From: Alphaproteobacteria bacterium
Lineage (GTDB): Bacteria; Pseudomonadota; Alphaproteobacteria; GCA-2731375
NCBI GenBank assembly: GCA_965232515.1
Contig: CBDDPY010000002.1
Span: 4,096,001-4,160,000, forward strand
Direction: 5' to 3'
DNA length: 64,000 nucleotides
The notes under the pieces were generated by a model. It saw nothing but the letters and a program-made list of their open reading frames with translations, had not been told where the DNA came from and did no database searches. Both the position numbers and the translations under genes were made by a program. Shown here one piece after another: positions 22,281 through 31,703 of the stretch. Position 1 is the stretch's first letter. The number at the start of each line of letters is the position of its first letter.

Positions 22281-22296
22281 TGTGTCATAGATCACT
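22281..22296. promoter_or_regulatory. Second Crp-like box upstream of the PAS histidine kinase
   Basis: TGTGT-CATAGA-TCACT (8/10) in an AT-rich intergenic stretch. Confidence 0.4.
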
Positions 22297-22473
22297 ATCT
22301 CGGAGGTATCTCCGGAGATAACATGAAGAGGGTGAAGTATTTCGCTCGCTAGCCGCGGCATAGCGCATGGCGGGGACATTGAGGGCAGCTGCAGGCCATA
22401 GGCCTCGACCCGACGGTCAAGGCACTTCATCGCGCTGGGCCGGACGCGGTGTGTACTGCTGCGTGCGATCGCC

Positions 22474-24399
22474 ATGACCGCCGACCGCGCCGAACGTTCG
22501 AACGGATTACCGGCCTCGCGGCTGACGCGCATCCTCGCGTTCGACAACCCCGATCAGTTCGATAGCGCCATCAATATGGCCGAGGTGCGGCGCGAGCAGA
22601 TGATCTCGCTCAGCCGCCAGTCACCGATCAACGCTGTGGTCTGCATCGGCATCTCGATTGCCGCCGGGGCCGTGCTGTGGAACAACGCGCCGCCGGTCCA
22701 CATCATCGGCTGGATGGTCGTGGTCTGGGGCCTGTCGCTGCTGCTGTTCGACAATTGGCGGCGCTATCGTCAACGGCAGCTGCAAGGCGTCAGCGAACGC
22801 GGACCACGTAAGGCGACGATCTCGTCGCTGCTGCACGGCCTGACCTGGGGCAGCACGATCGTGCTGTTCTTCCCCACCGTGCCGCAGACCCATCAGCTGA
22901 TGCTGGTCATTATCGTGACCGGCATGTCGGCCGGCGCCTCGACAACGCTTGCGGCCATTCCGGCGGCCGCGGCGGCGTTTATCCTGGGCTGCCTGCTGCC
23001 CGGCATCGGCTATTTCTTTGTGCAGGACGATCCGGTCTATCTGGCCATCGCCACAATGGGCCTGATTTTGATGCTGGCGATGCTGATGTCGACGCGCAGC
23101 GTCTATACATCGTTCATCGACAGCATCCGGACCAAGATGGAAAACGCCGCGCTGCTGGCGCAGTTCCAGAACGAACGCAGCGAATGGCTGCAGATCTCGG
23201 ATACTTCGGAAGCATTCGCGCTGTTCGACTCCGATGATCGCCTGTTGCTGTGGAACGAGAACTATCGGCGCATGCTCTCGCTGCCGGAGGCGGCGATGGT
23301 GCGCGGCGCCGAACGCCGGCCGCTGCTCCGCCAAGGCGCCGCGCCGGCCGACGGCAGGAGTCCAGACGACTGGATCGAGACCCAGCTGAAGCTGCACGAG
23401 ACGCCGGGCCAACCCGTGATCGAGCAACTTTCGAACGGACGCTGGCTGCGCAGCAGCGCCCGCCGCACCAAGAACGGCCGGACCGTGTCGATCCACGTCG
23501 ATATCACCGAGCTGAAGGACCGCGAGAACGCCCTGTTGCAGGCGCACCAGGAATTGGCCCGTCGTTCGGCCGAGGTGCAATCGGCCTACGACCAGCTCGA
23601 AGACCAGCACCGCAAACTGGAACAGGCGCGCCAGCACCTGATCGCGGCGCGCGACGAAGCGCTGCGGGCGAATTGGGCCAAGTCCGAGTTCCTGGCCAAC
23701 ATGAGCCACGAGTTGCGCACCCCGCTGAACACCGTGCTGGGTTTCTCGCAAGTGATGGAAAGCGAGATGTTCGGGCCGCTGGGCAACCCCCGATACGCCG
23801 AGTACTCGAAGAACATCTACGACAGCGGCGCCCATCTGTTGGATCTGATCAACGATATTCTCGACCTGTCGAAGGTCGAGGCCGGCAAGCTGGAGCTGTC
23901 GCGGCAACCGGTGCGGATGAACGACCTGATTGCCGCCTGCCGGCCGTTGGTCGTAGGCGAGGCCCAACGCGCCGGCGTGCGTCTGGTGTTCCAGGGCGAC
24001 TGCGAAACCTGGCCGGAGCTGAGCGCTGACGAGACCAAACTCAAGCAGATCCTGCTGAACCTGCTGTCGAACGCCATCAAGTTTACGCCGCGCGACGGCA
24101 GCGTTTCGATGACCACACGGCGCACCACCGACGGTGACTTCGAATTCGCCGTGACGGACACTGGAATCGGCATGCGGCCGGAGGACATTCCCAAGGTGCT
24201 GGAGCCGTTCCAGCGCCTCGAATCCGCCCACAACACCAAGTATCCCGGCACCGGCCTCGGCCTGCCCTTGTCAAAGGCGTTGATCGAGCTGCACGACGGC
24301 AGCCTGCGGATCGAGAGCACGCTCGGCAAGGGCACGACCGTCACGGCCGCCCTGCCGGCGGCGGCGGCGCTTGACGCCAAGGCGCAGCACGAAGCCTGA
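22474..24399 (+). CDS. Membrane sensor histidine kinase with PAS-fold domain (PleC/DivJ-like kinase core)
   Basis: 5-6 TM helices; FALFDSDDRLLLWNENY PAS_7-like; KSEFLANMSHELRTPLN, NLLSNAIKFT, DTGIGM, GTGLGL. Confidence 0.92.
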   Translation: MTADRAERSNGLPASRLTRILAFDNPDQFDSAINMAEVRREQMISLSRQSPINAVVCIGISIAAGAVLWNNAPPVHIIGWMVVVWGLSLLLFDNWRRYRQRQLQGVSERGPRKATISSLLHGLTWGSTIVLFFPTVPQTHQLMLVIIVTGMSAGASTTLAAIPAAAAAFILGCLLPGIGYFFVQDDPVYLAIATMGLILMLAMLMSTRSVYTSFIDSIRTKMENAALLAQFQNERSEWLQISDTSEAFALFDSDDRLLLWNENYRRMLSLPEAAMVRGAERRPLLRQGAAPADGRSPDDWIETQLKLHETPGQPVIEQLSNGRWLRSSARRTKNGRTVSIHVDITELKDRENALLQAHQELARRSAEVQSAYDQLEDQHRKLEQARQHLIAARDEALRANWAKSEFLANMSHELRTPLNTVLGFSQVMESEMFGPLGNPRYAEYSKNIYDSGAHLLDLINDILDLSKVEAGKLELSRQPVRMNDLIAACRPLVVGEAQRAGVRLVFQGDCETWPELSADETKLKQILLNLLSNAIKFTPRDGSVSMTTRRTTDGDFEFAVTDTGIGMRPEDIPKVLEPFQRLESAHNTKYPGTGLGLPLSKALIELHDGSLRIESTLGKGTTVTAALPAAAALDAKAQHEA

Positions 24400-24499
24400 T
24401 AAAACAACGCCGCCGGTCGGTCGGGGCCGACGCCGATACCGATGCCAAATTCAGCAAATGCCGATAGAGTCCTGCCATGAGTCCAGGGGGAGGCAAGAC

Positions 24500-25525
24500 A
24501 TGACGGCGTTCGAACAACGGGTCTTAGGCCGCACCGGCGTCGCCGCCAGCGTATTCGGCATTGGCGGCGTCGGTCTCGGCGAACGGCTGGAACGGATCGA
24601 GGAGGCGACGGCCGTGGCCACGGTGGAAGCCGCCTACGATCAGGGCGTTCGCTATTTCGATACCTCGCCCTGGTACGGGCATGGCCTCAGCGAGCACCGG
24701 ATGGGACACGTACTGCGCAACCGGCCGCGCGAGGACTTCGTGCTGGCGAGCAAGGTCGGCCGCGTCTTCTTCCGGCCCGACGCGCCGCAGTCTTACAGGC
24801 CCGAGGTATGGGCCGGCGGCCTGCCGTTCGACTATCGGTTCGACTACAGCGCCGACGGCATCCGCCGATCCTATGAGGACAGTTTGCAGCGGCTGGGCAT
24901 GAACCGCATCGATCTGCTGCTGGTGCACGATCTTGATCTGCGCTTTCACGAGACCGATGCGCGCATGGACCAGCACATCGCGGACCTCGATGCCGGCGGC
25001 GGCTGGCAGGTTCTGGCCGACATGCGGGACCGTGGGGAAATCCGCGGCATCGGCTTCGGCATCAATTTCACCGGCCTGATCCCGCGTTGGCTCGATCTGT
25101 TCGATCCCGACTTCTTTCTGGTGGCCATGCCCTACACGCTGCTGGACCAGGATGCGTTGGACGAAGACCTGCCGCGCTGCGCCGAGCGCAACGTCGGCAT
25201 CGTCATCGGTTCGGTCTACTCATCGGGAATCCTCGCCACGGGCGTCAGTGACAGCGCGGTCTACCGCTACGGCGCGCCGCCGGCCGAGGTTGTCGAGAAG
25301 GTGCGCGGCATCGAGGCGGTCTGCGTCCGTCATAACGTGCCCATGCGCGCCGCCGCGCTGCAGTTCCCGCTGGGACATGACAGCGTCGCGGCGATCATTC
25401 CAGGGGCGATCTCGCCGGCACAGGTGCTGGAAAACGCCACCCTGATGAAACAGCCGATCCCGGGCGATTTCTGGGCAGAGCTGAAGGCCGGCGGCCTGCT
25501 CCGCGACGACGCGCCGACACCCTAG
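24500..25525 (+). CDS. Aldo/keto reductase (D-threo-aldose 1-dehydrogenase-like)
   Basis: GGGGAGG RBS; YFDTSPWYGHGLSE, SKVGR, FDYSADGIRRS, LLVHD, AAALQFPL. Confidence 0.88.
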   Translation: MTAFEQRVLGRTGVAASVFGIGGVGLGERLERIEEATAVATVEAAYDQGVRYFDTSPWYGHGLSEHRMGHVLRNRPREDFVLASKVGRVFFRPDAPQSYRPEVWAGGLPFDYRFDYSADGIRRSYEDSLQRLGMNRIDLLLVHDLDLRFHETDARMDQHIADLDAGGGWQVLADMRDRGEIRGIGFGINFTGLIPRWLDLFDPDFFLVAMPYTLLDQDALDEDLPRCAERNVGIVIGSVYSSGILATGVSDSAVYRYGAPPAEVVEKVRGIEAVCVRHNVPMRAAALQFPLGHDSVAAIIPGAISPAQVLENATLMKQPIPGDFWAELKAGGLLRDDAPTP

Positions 25526-25551
25526 ACCGGACGGCCGGAGCCAAGCCGCGC

Positions 25552-26586
25552 ATGGCAATTCGACTGACCTATGGCAGCCGCCAGCAATTTCGCCACCGCG
25601 ACCGGGACATCACCATCCGCGGCCAGATCGCACCGCTGACACCGCCGACCCGGCGCGCGGTCTATCGGCTGAACGACGGCCCGGAAACGCCGTTCTATGT
25701 CGAGGCGATCGCCGACGATGGCATCGACTGGGTCAATGGCTACAAGGACTCGCCGGCCGAGCTGCGTTGCCGCGAGCTGGGCGAATTCGCCATCGAGCTG
25801 CCGGTTGAGACCGGCGCCCTGCGCGCGGGCGAGAACCGCGTGGAGATCGACGTCATGGACGCGGCCGAGCAGACAGCCCGCGCCGACATTCTGCTCGTCT
25901 GGGATCCGACGCCGCCGCCTCTGCCGCTCGATCTGCGGGACCTGAGCGGTTTCGACGACATTCAGGCCGTCGGCCAGGTCATCAATGGCGCCTTCGACCT
26001 CGACCGCGATCAGAACCTGATCCGGTCACGCGCGCCCGTCGCGCCGGACGCATTCATCATCCTGGGCGGCATGCATGGCAGTCAGGAAGCGACCTACGCC
26101 GTGCGATTTACCGACTTCACGGGCGTGAAGTGGCTGGGGCTGGCCGATTTCTTCGCTGGCATGGAGGAGGGCACGCCGCCGCGCGGCATCAAGGTCGGCT
26201 GGTCCAGCGCCGGCATGGCGACCTTGAACCCAAACGGCGAGGCCCGCAGTTTCATCGCCTGGGGCGACCATTCGGGCGGCGCCGATGAATGGGTGGTCGT
26301 GACGGACCCGCCGAAGCGCTTTGCCGTCGAGCGCCAGCAACGCTATCGCGTCCGCCACCAGGTGCGGTTTGAAGACGGCGTCACGACGGTGCGGTTCCGA
26401 ATCTGGCCTGAGGGCGCGAGCGAGCCCGACGACTGGCTTGTCGAAGAGTCCGACCGGCTAATTGCCAGCCACCTGCCGCGGCATGAGCGAGCCGCATTTG
26501 GTCTGTTTCAGCATTCCGGAATGCCGATCGAGTGGTCCGATATCCTGGTGACGACCCTTGGGTCGGATCAGGACTTGCAATCGTAG
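25552..26586 (+). CDS. Hypothetical beta-rich protein (possible lectin/concanavalin-like C-terminal domain)
   Basis: Coding-like codon usage, 26 nt after the AKR gene; C-terminal YRVRHQV...FRIWPEGASEPDDW motif. Function unknown. Confidence 0.7.
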   Translation: MAIRLTYGSRQQFRHRDRDITIRGQIAPLTPPTRRAVYRLNDGPETPFYVEAIADDGIDWVNGYKDSPAELRCRELGEFAIELPVETGALRAGENRVEIDVMDAAEQTARADILLVWDPTPPPLPLDLRDLSGFDDIQAVGQVINGAFDLDRDQNLIRSRAPVAPDAFIILGGMHGSQEATYAVRFTDFTGVKWLGLADFFAGMEEGTPPRGIKVGWSSAGMATLNPNGEARSFIAWGDHSGGADEWVVVTDPPKRFAVERQQRYRVRHQVRFEDGVTTVRFRIWPEGASEPDDWLVEESDRLIASHLPRHERAAFGLFQHSGMPIEWSDILVTTLGSDQDLQS

Positions 26587-26804
26587 AAGAAACGCACGCG
26601 AGCGAAGCTATCGGGCTCGGTGTCAACCAGCTTGGCCCGGCGCTGGAATTGCCCGCAGTGTTCGCTCGCGGCTACGTCCGGCGGGCTGCTGGGAAACTCG
26701 AAGGCGCGGATGGTCACCTGCGTCTCGTTGCCGTCCACGACCTGTGGTCCGCCGCAGCCCGCAATCAACAGGGTCAAACCGACACATATCAGCGGCTTAC
26801 GCAT
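26568..26804 (-). CDS. Small lipoprotein
   Basis: GGGAG RBS; lipobox IAGC; AxxHCxxFxRxA motif and C-terminal YDC. Confidence 0.7.
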   Translation of the reverse strand: MRKPLICVGLTLLIAGCGGPQVVDGNETQVTIRAFEFPSSPPDVAASEHCGQFQRRAKLVDTEPDSFARVRFFYDCKS

Positions 26805-27412
26805 CTCGCACTCCCAATCGGTGGCGCCGCGCCGATATTGGCCCGCCCGCGCGGCGCAGACTAGCGCATCGGTACAGCCCTCGCCAATTTTGGATATCAG
26901 TCGCCATTAAGATATCGGGCGACGCCAGACATCAAAATGCCACAGAAATGGTCGTTGCGGATTATCGAGCGGCTGCGGCTCAATGGCATCGCCATTAGCG
27001 CCCCCCTCTTCGCGTTGATGGTGGCGGCCCGTCTGATTGCCCGAACCTTAGCAGGCGGGCCGCCCGAACTTCCTCGGCGCTGCCGGCTGGCCCGGCGGCG
27101 GCGAAGCGATTCGTCCGCTGCCACAATTTCTGCAAATTTCGCGGCTAAAAGAACCCTGTCGGACCAAAAGCCTGGCAGAAATCGCCTGATTTTGGCCAAA
27201 GTCCTCGCCGGCAAATGTTCCGTTTTTTGGGATCAATTACCGAAAAGCGCCGGAACCTGGAAGTAATGCCGAGGAAAACCGATCGGACTGTGTCGAATCT
27301 GCCGCACCCACGGCGAAATTATGGTCGAACTGTGATTTCGGTCACTCCCGAAAAGCCATTTTGCGGCCATCTTATGCGCAAGACAACGGCCATGGTCGTA
27401 GCGAGGGCTCCG

Positions 27413-27598
27413 ATGATTACAATCAATCCGCAACCGGCGCTGAATGCTCAATTGCCGTCAGTGGACCGGACCGTCACCGGTACGGTCGAGGAGAAACAGG
27501 ATACGGCTGCGCTCGACTCTCTGGACATGACGCTCACCGAACTCGACGATCTCCTTGAGGATCTGCCAGAGGATTTCAACGGCATCCTGGTGTACTGA
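27413..27598 (+). CDS. Small acidic hypothetical protein (about 61 aa)
   Basis: GAGGG RBS before ATG 27413; very acidic C-terminus (LDSLDMTLTELDDLLEDLPEDF). Alternative start at 27374. Confidence 0.45.
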   Translation: MITINPQPALNAQLPSVDRTVTGTVEEKQDTAALDSLDMTLTELDDLLEDLPEDFNGILVY

Positions 27599-28242
27599 TT
27601 CGCTGCACCGACCGGTTCTGAGCCGCAGATTTATCGATAACCCAGCCGCGTACGGCCACCGATTGGAAACCGGCCGAACGACGTGATTACGCCTCGATCG
27701 ACGTTTGACCTTCCAACATGTCCGCTGTGACAAATTCGTGGCGGACCGCGAGGCGCGCCGTCTGCCGAGGTCGGACCTTATCGCGGGTGAGACCCGCGCG
27801 ACGTTAACCATAACGATCCGGGGTTTTCGTTGCCTTCGATCAGATTAGCGATCGCTCACGCTAAACAACAGCCGCCACTTAACCTAAACAGTGTGACTAT
27901 TTTGAGAGAATCCGTTCGTTTATTTCACTATCTTTTGTAGAGAATGCAGAAAATCATTTCGCTGATTGTAACATAAAAAGTTCACAAACCCGAATATCTC
28001 AGATAGACTGATGAGCACCACATGTTGATTAACCTTGTATGGAAAGTCGCTTAAGCATTTTTGGAAATATCTTCAATTCTCAATATAGAGAAAATGGAGA
28101 TTAAGCGAACTTTCTCGGCAAGGGTTGCCGTTTATTGAATTTCGTTAACTCTTGATCGAAAACATGTGACGAATGACAACGAATAACCTTGCCATCACCC
28201 GATACAACATCCCGGTCAGGATGTTGTTCGATGTGGGTGTCC

Positions 28243-29268
28243 ATGGACGCACTGAAGTTTGACGGTTCCGCGCAAGGACGCCCGACCTCGGTGTTACAGC
28301 ACAAGCAAATAGACGTGCCGGAACAGCTCCGCGACGGACGCTGGGTTAGGACCCTCGGCCTCGCGCTGTTTGCCGGTCTACTGATATCGCCGTGGACGAT
28401 GGCCGGCGCGGTTGCGCCGGCCGAGCCAAGTGCCCAGGTCGTGCACGGCGGACAAGGCGCGGCCATCGCCGACATCGCCCATCATCGGCGCTTTGCGGAA
28501 GCCGACGCAGCCGACAGGACGTTCGGCTTCGATGGCTCGTCGATGCGTTCACCGCTGATATCCGCGAAGATTGCAAATCAAATCGCCAAGCTCGAAAAAG
28601 CCGTGCACGTGAACCCGCGCAACGCATCGGCCTGGAACAACCTCGGCCACCTCCGGCTGCGGACCGGCGATGTGGAAGGGGCGAAGCGGGCCTATCATTC
28701 AGTGCTCAAGCTCGGCCTGTATCACGGCAATCGCGAGGTTCAGGCCGCCGCCTACGCCAACCTCGGCATTGTCTACAAAAGCAGTGGCGATCTCGACCGG
28801 GCGAAGGTCGCCCACCAGAAAGCACTGAAGCTGAACACCCGCATCGGTCGACGCGACCGCATGGCAGATGCCTATATCAATCTCGGCGTCATCCACCAGG
28901 CCAAGGGCGACTACGATGAAGCCATCGACGCGCAACTGAAGGCGTTGACGATCAACAAGCAACTTGGCAACCGCGCGGGCATGGCGAACGCTTATGGCAA
29001 TCTGGGTGTGATCTACAAGCTGACCGGCGATCTGCTCAAGGCCGAAACATCGCTCACAAGCTCATTGACGATCAAAGAGCATCTCGGCGATCAAGAGGGC
29101 GTCGCAAAGGCCCATGCGAATCTCGGCTCAATCTATCAGTCCCGCGGCAATATCGGCGAAGCCTGCCGGCTATGGTCGCGCGCCTACAACGAGTTCACCG
29201 CGGTCAACCACAGGCAGTGGGCCAACGTGGTCCGTTCCTGGATGTCCGAAGCGAATTGTCGTCGCTAA
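28243..29268 (+). CDS. Tetratricopeptide-repeat protein with N-terminal hydrophobic segment
   Basis: Repeated A..Y.NLG..Y...GD...A units (about 5-6 TPRs). Start uncertain. Confidence 0.85.
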   Translation: MDALKFDGSAQGRPTSVLQHKQIDVPEQLRDGRWVRTLGLALFAGLLISPWTMAGAVAPAEPSAQVVHGGQGAAIADIAHHRRFAEADAADRTFGFDGSSMRSPLISAKIANQIAKLEKAVHVNPRNASAWNNLGHLRLRTGDVEGAKRAYHSVLKLGLYHGNREVQAAAYANLGIVYKSSGDLDRAKVAHQKALKLNTRIGRRDRMADAYINLGVIHQAKGDYDEAIDAQLKALTINKQLGNRAGMANAYGNLGVIYKLTGDLLKAETSLTSSLTIKEHLGDQEGVAKAHANLGSIYQSRGNIGEACRLWSRAYNEFTAVNHRQWANVVRSWMSEANCRR

Positions 29269-31118
29269 CCAGCAACGGCGGGCGGCAACGCCGAGGTTGA
29301 CGGTTCGGTTTCGACGACGGGGAGTTCGTCGGCCGCCAACGTCTCTTTCCTCAGCAAGTCTCGGGCGCCGCGTTCGAGATGATCCCGTCGCGCCGCGAGA
29401 ATGGCCGTTGCCCGGTCAAAGGCTTGTCCGACAAGCGTCTTGACGGCGCAATCGATCTCGCGCGCCGTCGCCTCGCTGTAGAGGCGCCGTTCCAATGTGG
29501 GCCCGCCGGCCGGCGCGTCCAGCAGCGTCGACTGTTCGCGCTCGTAGGTCATCTGCCCGAGATCCGCGTCCATGCCGTAGCGGGTAACGATGCCGCGCGC
29601 AATGTCGGTCGCTTTGCTGAGATCGTCCGCCGCGCCCGTCGAGAGATTACCGTATACAAGCATCTCCGCCGCCCGGCCGCCCAGCAGCACGGCCATCTTG
29701 TTCTCCAGCTCCTGCTTGGTCATCAGGTAGCGGTCTTCGGTCGGCCGCTGAATGGTGTAGCCGAGCGCGCCGATGCCGCGCGGAATGATCGACACCTTGT
29801 GGATCTTGTCGGTTCCCGGCAATGAAAGCCCGACCAGCGCATGACCCATTTCGTGGTAGGCCACGATCTCCCGCTCGAGCGGATTGAGCAGACGGTTGCG
29901 CTTTTCCAGACCAGCGACGATGCGCTCGACGGCCCGGTTGAAGTCCTCCATCGACACTGCATCGCCGCCGCGCCGGGTCGCCAGCAACGCGGCCTCGTTC
30001 ACCAGGTTCGCCAAGTCGGCACCGCTGAACCCCGGCGTCAGGGCGGCGAGCGCGGCGACATCGACATCCTCGGCGAGCTCGACCTTGTTCAGGTGCACGT
30101 GCAGGATTTGCTCCCGGCCCTGCCGGTCTGGCCGATCGACCAGCACCTGCCGGTCGAAGCGACCGGCCCGCAGCAAGGCGGGGTCGAGAATCTCGGGCCG
30201 GTTCGTCGCCGCCAAGAGAACCATGCCTTCGGCCGTCGGATCGAAGCCGTCGAGTTCGGACAGAAGCTGGTTGAGCGTCTGCTCCTTCTCGTCATGCCCG
30301 CCGAGTCCCGGAAAGCTGCCGCGCGCCCGGCCAAGCGCATCCAGTTCGTCGATGAAGATAATGCAGGGCGCCTGCTTGCGCGCCTGCTCGAACAGGTCCC
30401 GAACCCGCGCGGCGCCAACGCCGACAAACATCTCGACGAACTCCGAGCCGTTGATCGAGAAGAACGGCACACCGGCCTCGCCCGCAATGGCCCGGGCCAG
30501 GAGTGTCTTGCCCGTGCCCGGCGGTCCAACTAGCAGCACGCCCTTCGGGATCCGCGCGCCAAGCCGGCCGTAGGTCCGCGGATCCTTCAGGAAGGCGACC
30601 ACCTCCTGAAGCTCCTGCTTCGCTTCGTCGACGCCGGCGACATCGTCGAACGTCACCTTGGTGTCGGTTTCGACATAGACCTTGGCCCGGCTCTTCCCCA
30701 CCGACATCAAACCGCCGCCGAAGCCCTGCTTTTCGGCGAGACGCCGAATCACGAACATCCAGATACCGACGAAAAACAGCACCGGCAGTATCCAGGACAG
30801 GATCTCCTTCAAGACCGTCTGCTCGGTGGCGCCGGTGACCGTGACACCGTATTCCGCCAGGTCTTCGGCCAGGTCAGGGTCAACCCGGCGGGCATAGACC
30901 CAGGTCTTGCCGCCATCCATCGGCTGTTTCAGCCGGCCTTCGATCAGGGTTTCGCTGACGATAACCTCGGACACCCGGTCGTCGGCCAGGAACTGCTGAA
31001 ATTCGCTGTAGGGGATGACCTCGACCTGGCGGGCCTGCTGCCACCAGGACTGAAACAGGCTGATCAGGAAGACCGCGACGACGACATACCAAATGTTGAA
31101 CTTGGTTTTGCCTTCCAT
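29265..31118 (-). CDS. ftsH: ATP-dependent zinc metalloprotease FtsH (probable additional paralogue)
   Basis: Two TM helices; [37 protein letters not shown]; GGAG RBS before [10 protein letters not shown]. Confidence 0.95.
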   Translation of the reverse strand: MEGKTKFNIWYVVVAVFLISLFQSWWQQARQVEVIPYSEFQQFLADDRVSEVIVSETLIEGRLKQPMDGGKTWVYARRVDPDLAEDLAEYGVTVTGATEQTVLKEILSWILPVLFFVGIWMFVIRRLAEKQGFGGGLMSVGKSRAKVYVETDTKVTFDDVAGVDEAKQELQEVVAFLKDPRTYGRLGARIPKGVLLVGPPGTGKTLLARAIAGEAGVPFFSINGSEFVEMFVGVGAARVRDLFEQARKQAPCIIFIDELDALGRARGSFPGLGGHDEKEQTLNQLLSELDGFDPTAEGMVLLAATNRPEILDPALLRAGRFDRQVLVDRPDRQGREQILHVHLNKVELAEDVDVAALAALTPGFSGADLANLVNEAALLATRRGGDAVSMEDFNRAVERIVAGLEKRNRLLNPLEREIVAYHEMGHALVGLSLPGTDKIHKVSIIPRGIGALGYTIQRPTEDRYLMTKQELENKMAVLLGGRAAEMLVYGNLSTGAADDLSKATDIARGIVTRYGMDADLGQMTYEREQSTLLDAPAGGPTLERRLYSEATAREIDCAVKTLVGQAFDRATAILAARRDHLERGARDLLRKETLAADELPVVETEPSTSALPPAVAG

Positions 31119-31264
31119 GGCCACTCCAGCCAATCGCTTCGCTTCCGCAATGGCGGAAAGCGACAATAATAGATCGGCAAGCGCGCCTTCGGATTGACCT
31201 CTATCAGTCACCGCCGCAACGGCGCCAGGCCAAACCGAGCCGTTCGTTTCCGATTGGCAAGGCC

Positions 31265-31365
31265 CAAAAGGGGTTCCGCCCGCGGCCGGGCGACCGCGGG
31301 CGGATGTCGGAAACTCAGGTTACTATCGGGAGGGACATGACTATCACTAGGGACAGTGATGAGAT
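31265..31365 (-). ncRNA. Putative small RNA with two UGUCCCU motifs and a 3' terminator
   Basis: Minus strand: hairpin ATCACT-gtccct-AGTGAT, then TGTCCCTCCC, an 11-bp stem TCCGCCCGCGG/CCGCGGGCGGA, and CCCCCTTTT; CtrA-like box just upstream. Confidence 0.5.
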
Positions 31366-31380
31366 GGTGAACCGATATGG

Positions 31381-31395
31381 TTAACAAATGGTAAA
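31381..31395 (-). promoter_or_regulatory. CtrA-like box
   Basis: Minus strand TTTA-CCATTTG-TTAA(CCAT). Confidence 0.55.
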
Positions 31396-31498
31396 CGCCT
31401 GACCTAAAAATGCCCCAGGCGGAAAAATGGCTGGCGGATTCTCAACAAATGACCGACGAGGCCCGATTTGGGCTCTTCGCGGGACCGCGGATGGGTAA

Positions 31499-31513
31499 TT
31501 AACCCTAATTTAG
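31499..31513 (+). promoter_or_regulatory. CtrA-like box upstream of a small membrane ORF
   Basis: TTAA-CCCTAAT-TTAG. Confidence 0.4.
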
Positions 31514-31566
31514 TTCAGGAATGTCACGGTGGAGCCGGCAAACTAGGATCTGGCAACTCCCGCCGG

Positions 31567-31689
31567 ATGCAATTCAGGCTCTCAGTCGTGGAACTACCGA
31601 AGGCCCGCCGCAAGTTGCAGATCGCCTTTTGGCTAGCTCTGTGGCTGGCGTCGGTCAGCGGCTTGATCTTTCTCTACATGACCGGCTGA
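31567..31689 (+). CDS. Putative 40-aa single-TM protein
   Basis: MQFRLSVVELPKARRKLQIAFWLALWLASVSGLIFLYMTG: basic patch followed by a TM helix. RBS is weak. Confidence 0.4.
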   Translation: MQFRLSVVELPKARRKLQIAFWLALWLASVSGLIFLYMTG

Positions 31690-31703
31690 CGATTCGCACG
31701 CCG

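Noticed and set aside
26810-28240. Mobile element or prophage remnant
   Set aside because: No transposase, integrase, tRNA target, terminal inverted repeats or direct repeats seen.
31322-31355. CRISPR or mini-array
   Set aside because: Only two 16-bp units with a 2-bp spacer, and no cas genes.
31337-31384. 15-aa plus-strand ORF (MTITRDSDEMVNRYG) with a strong RBS
   Set aside because: The RBS is more simply explained as the complement of the anti-SD motif of the minus-strand RNA candidate.
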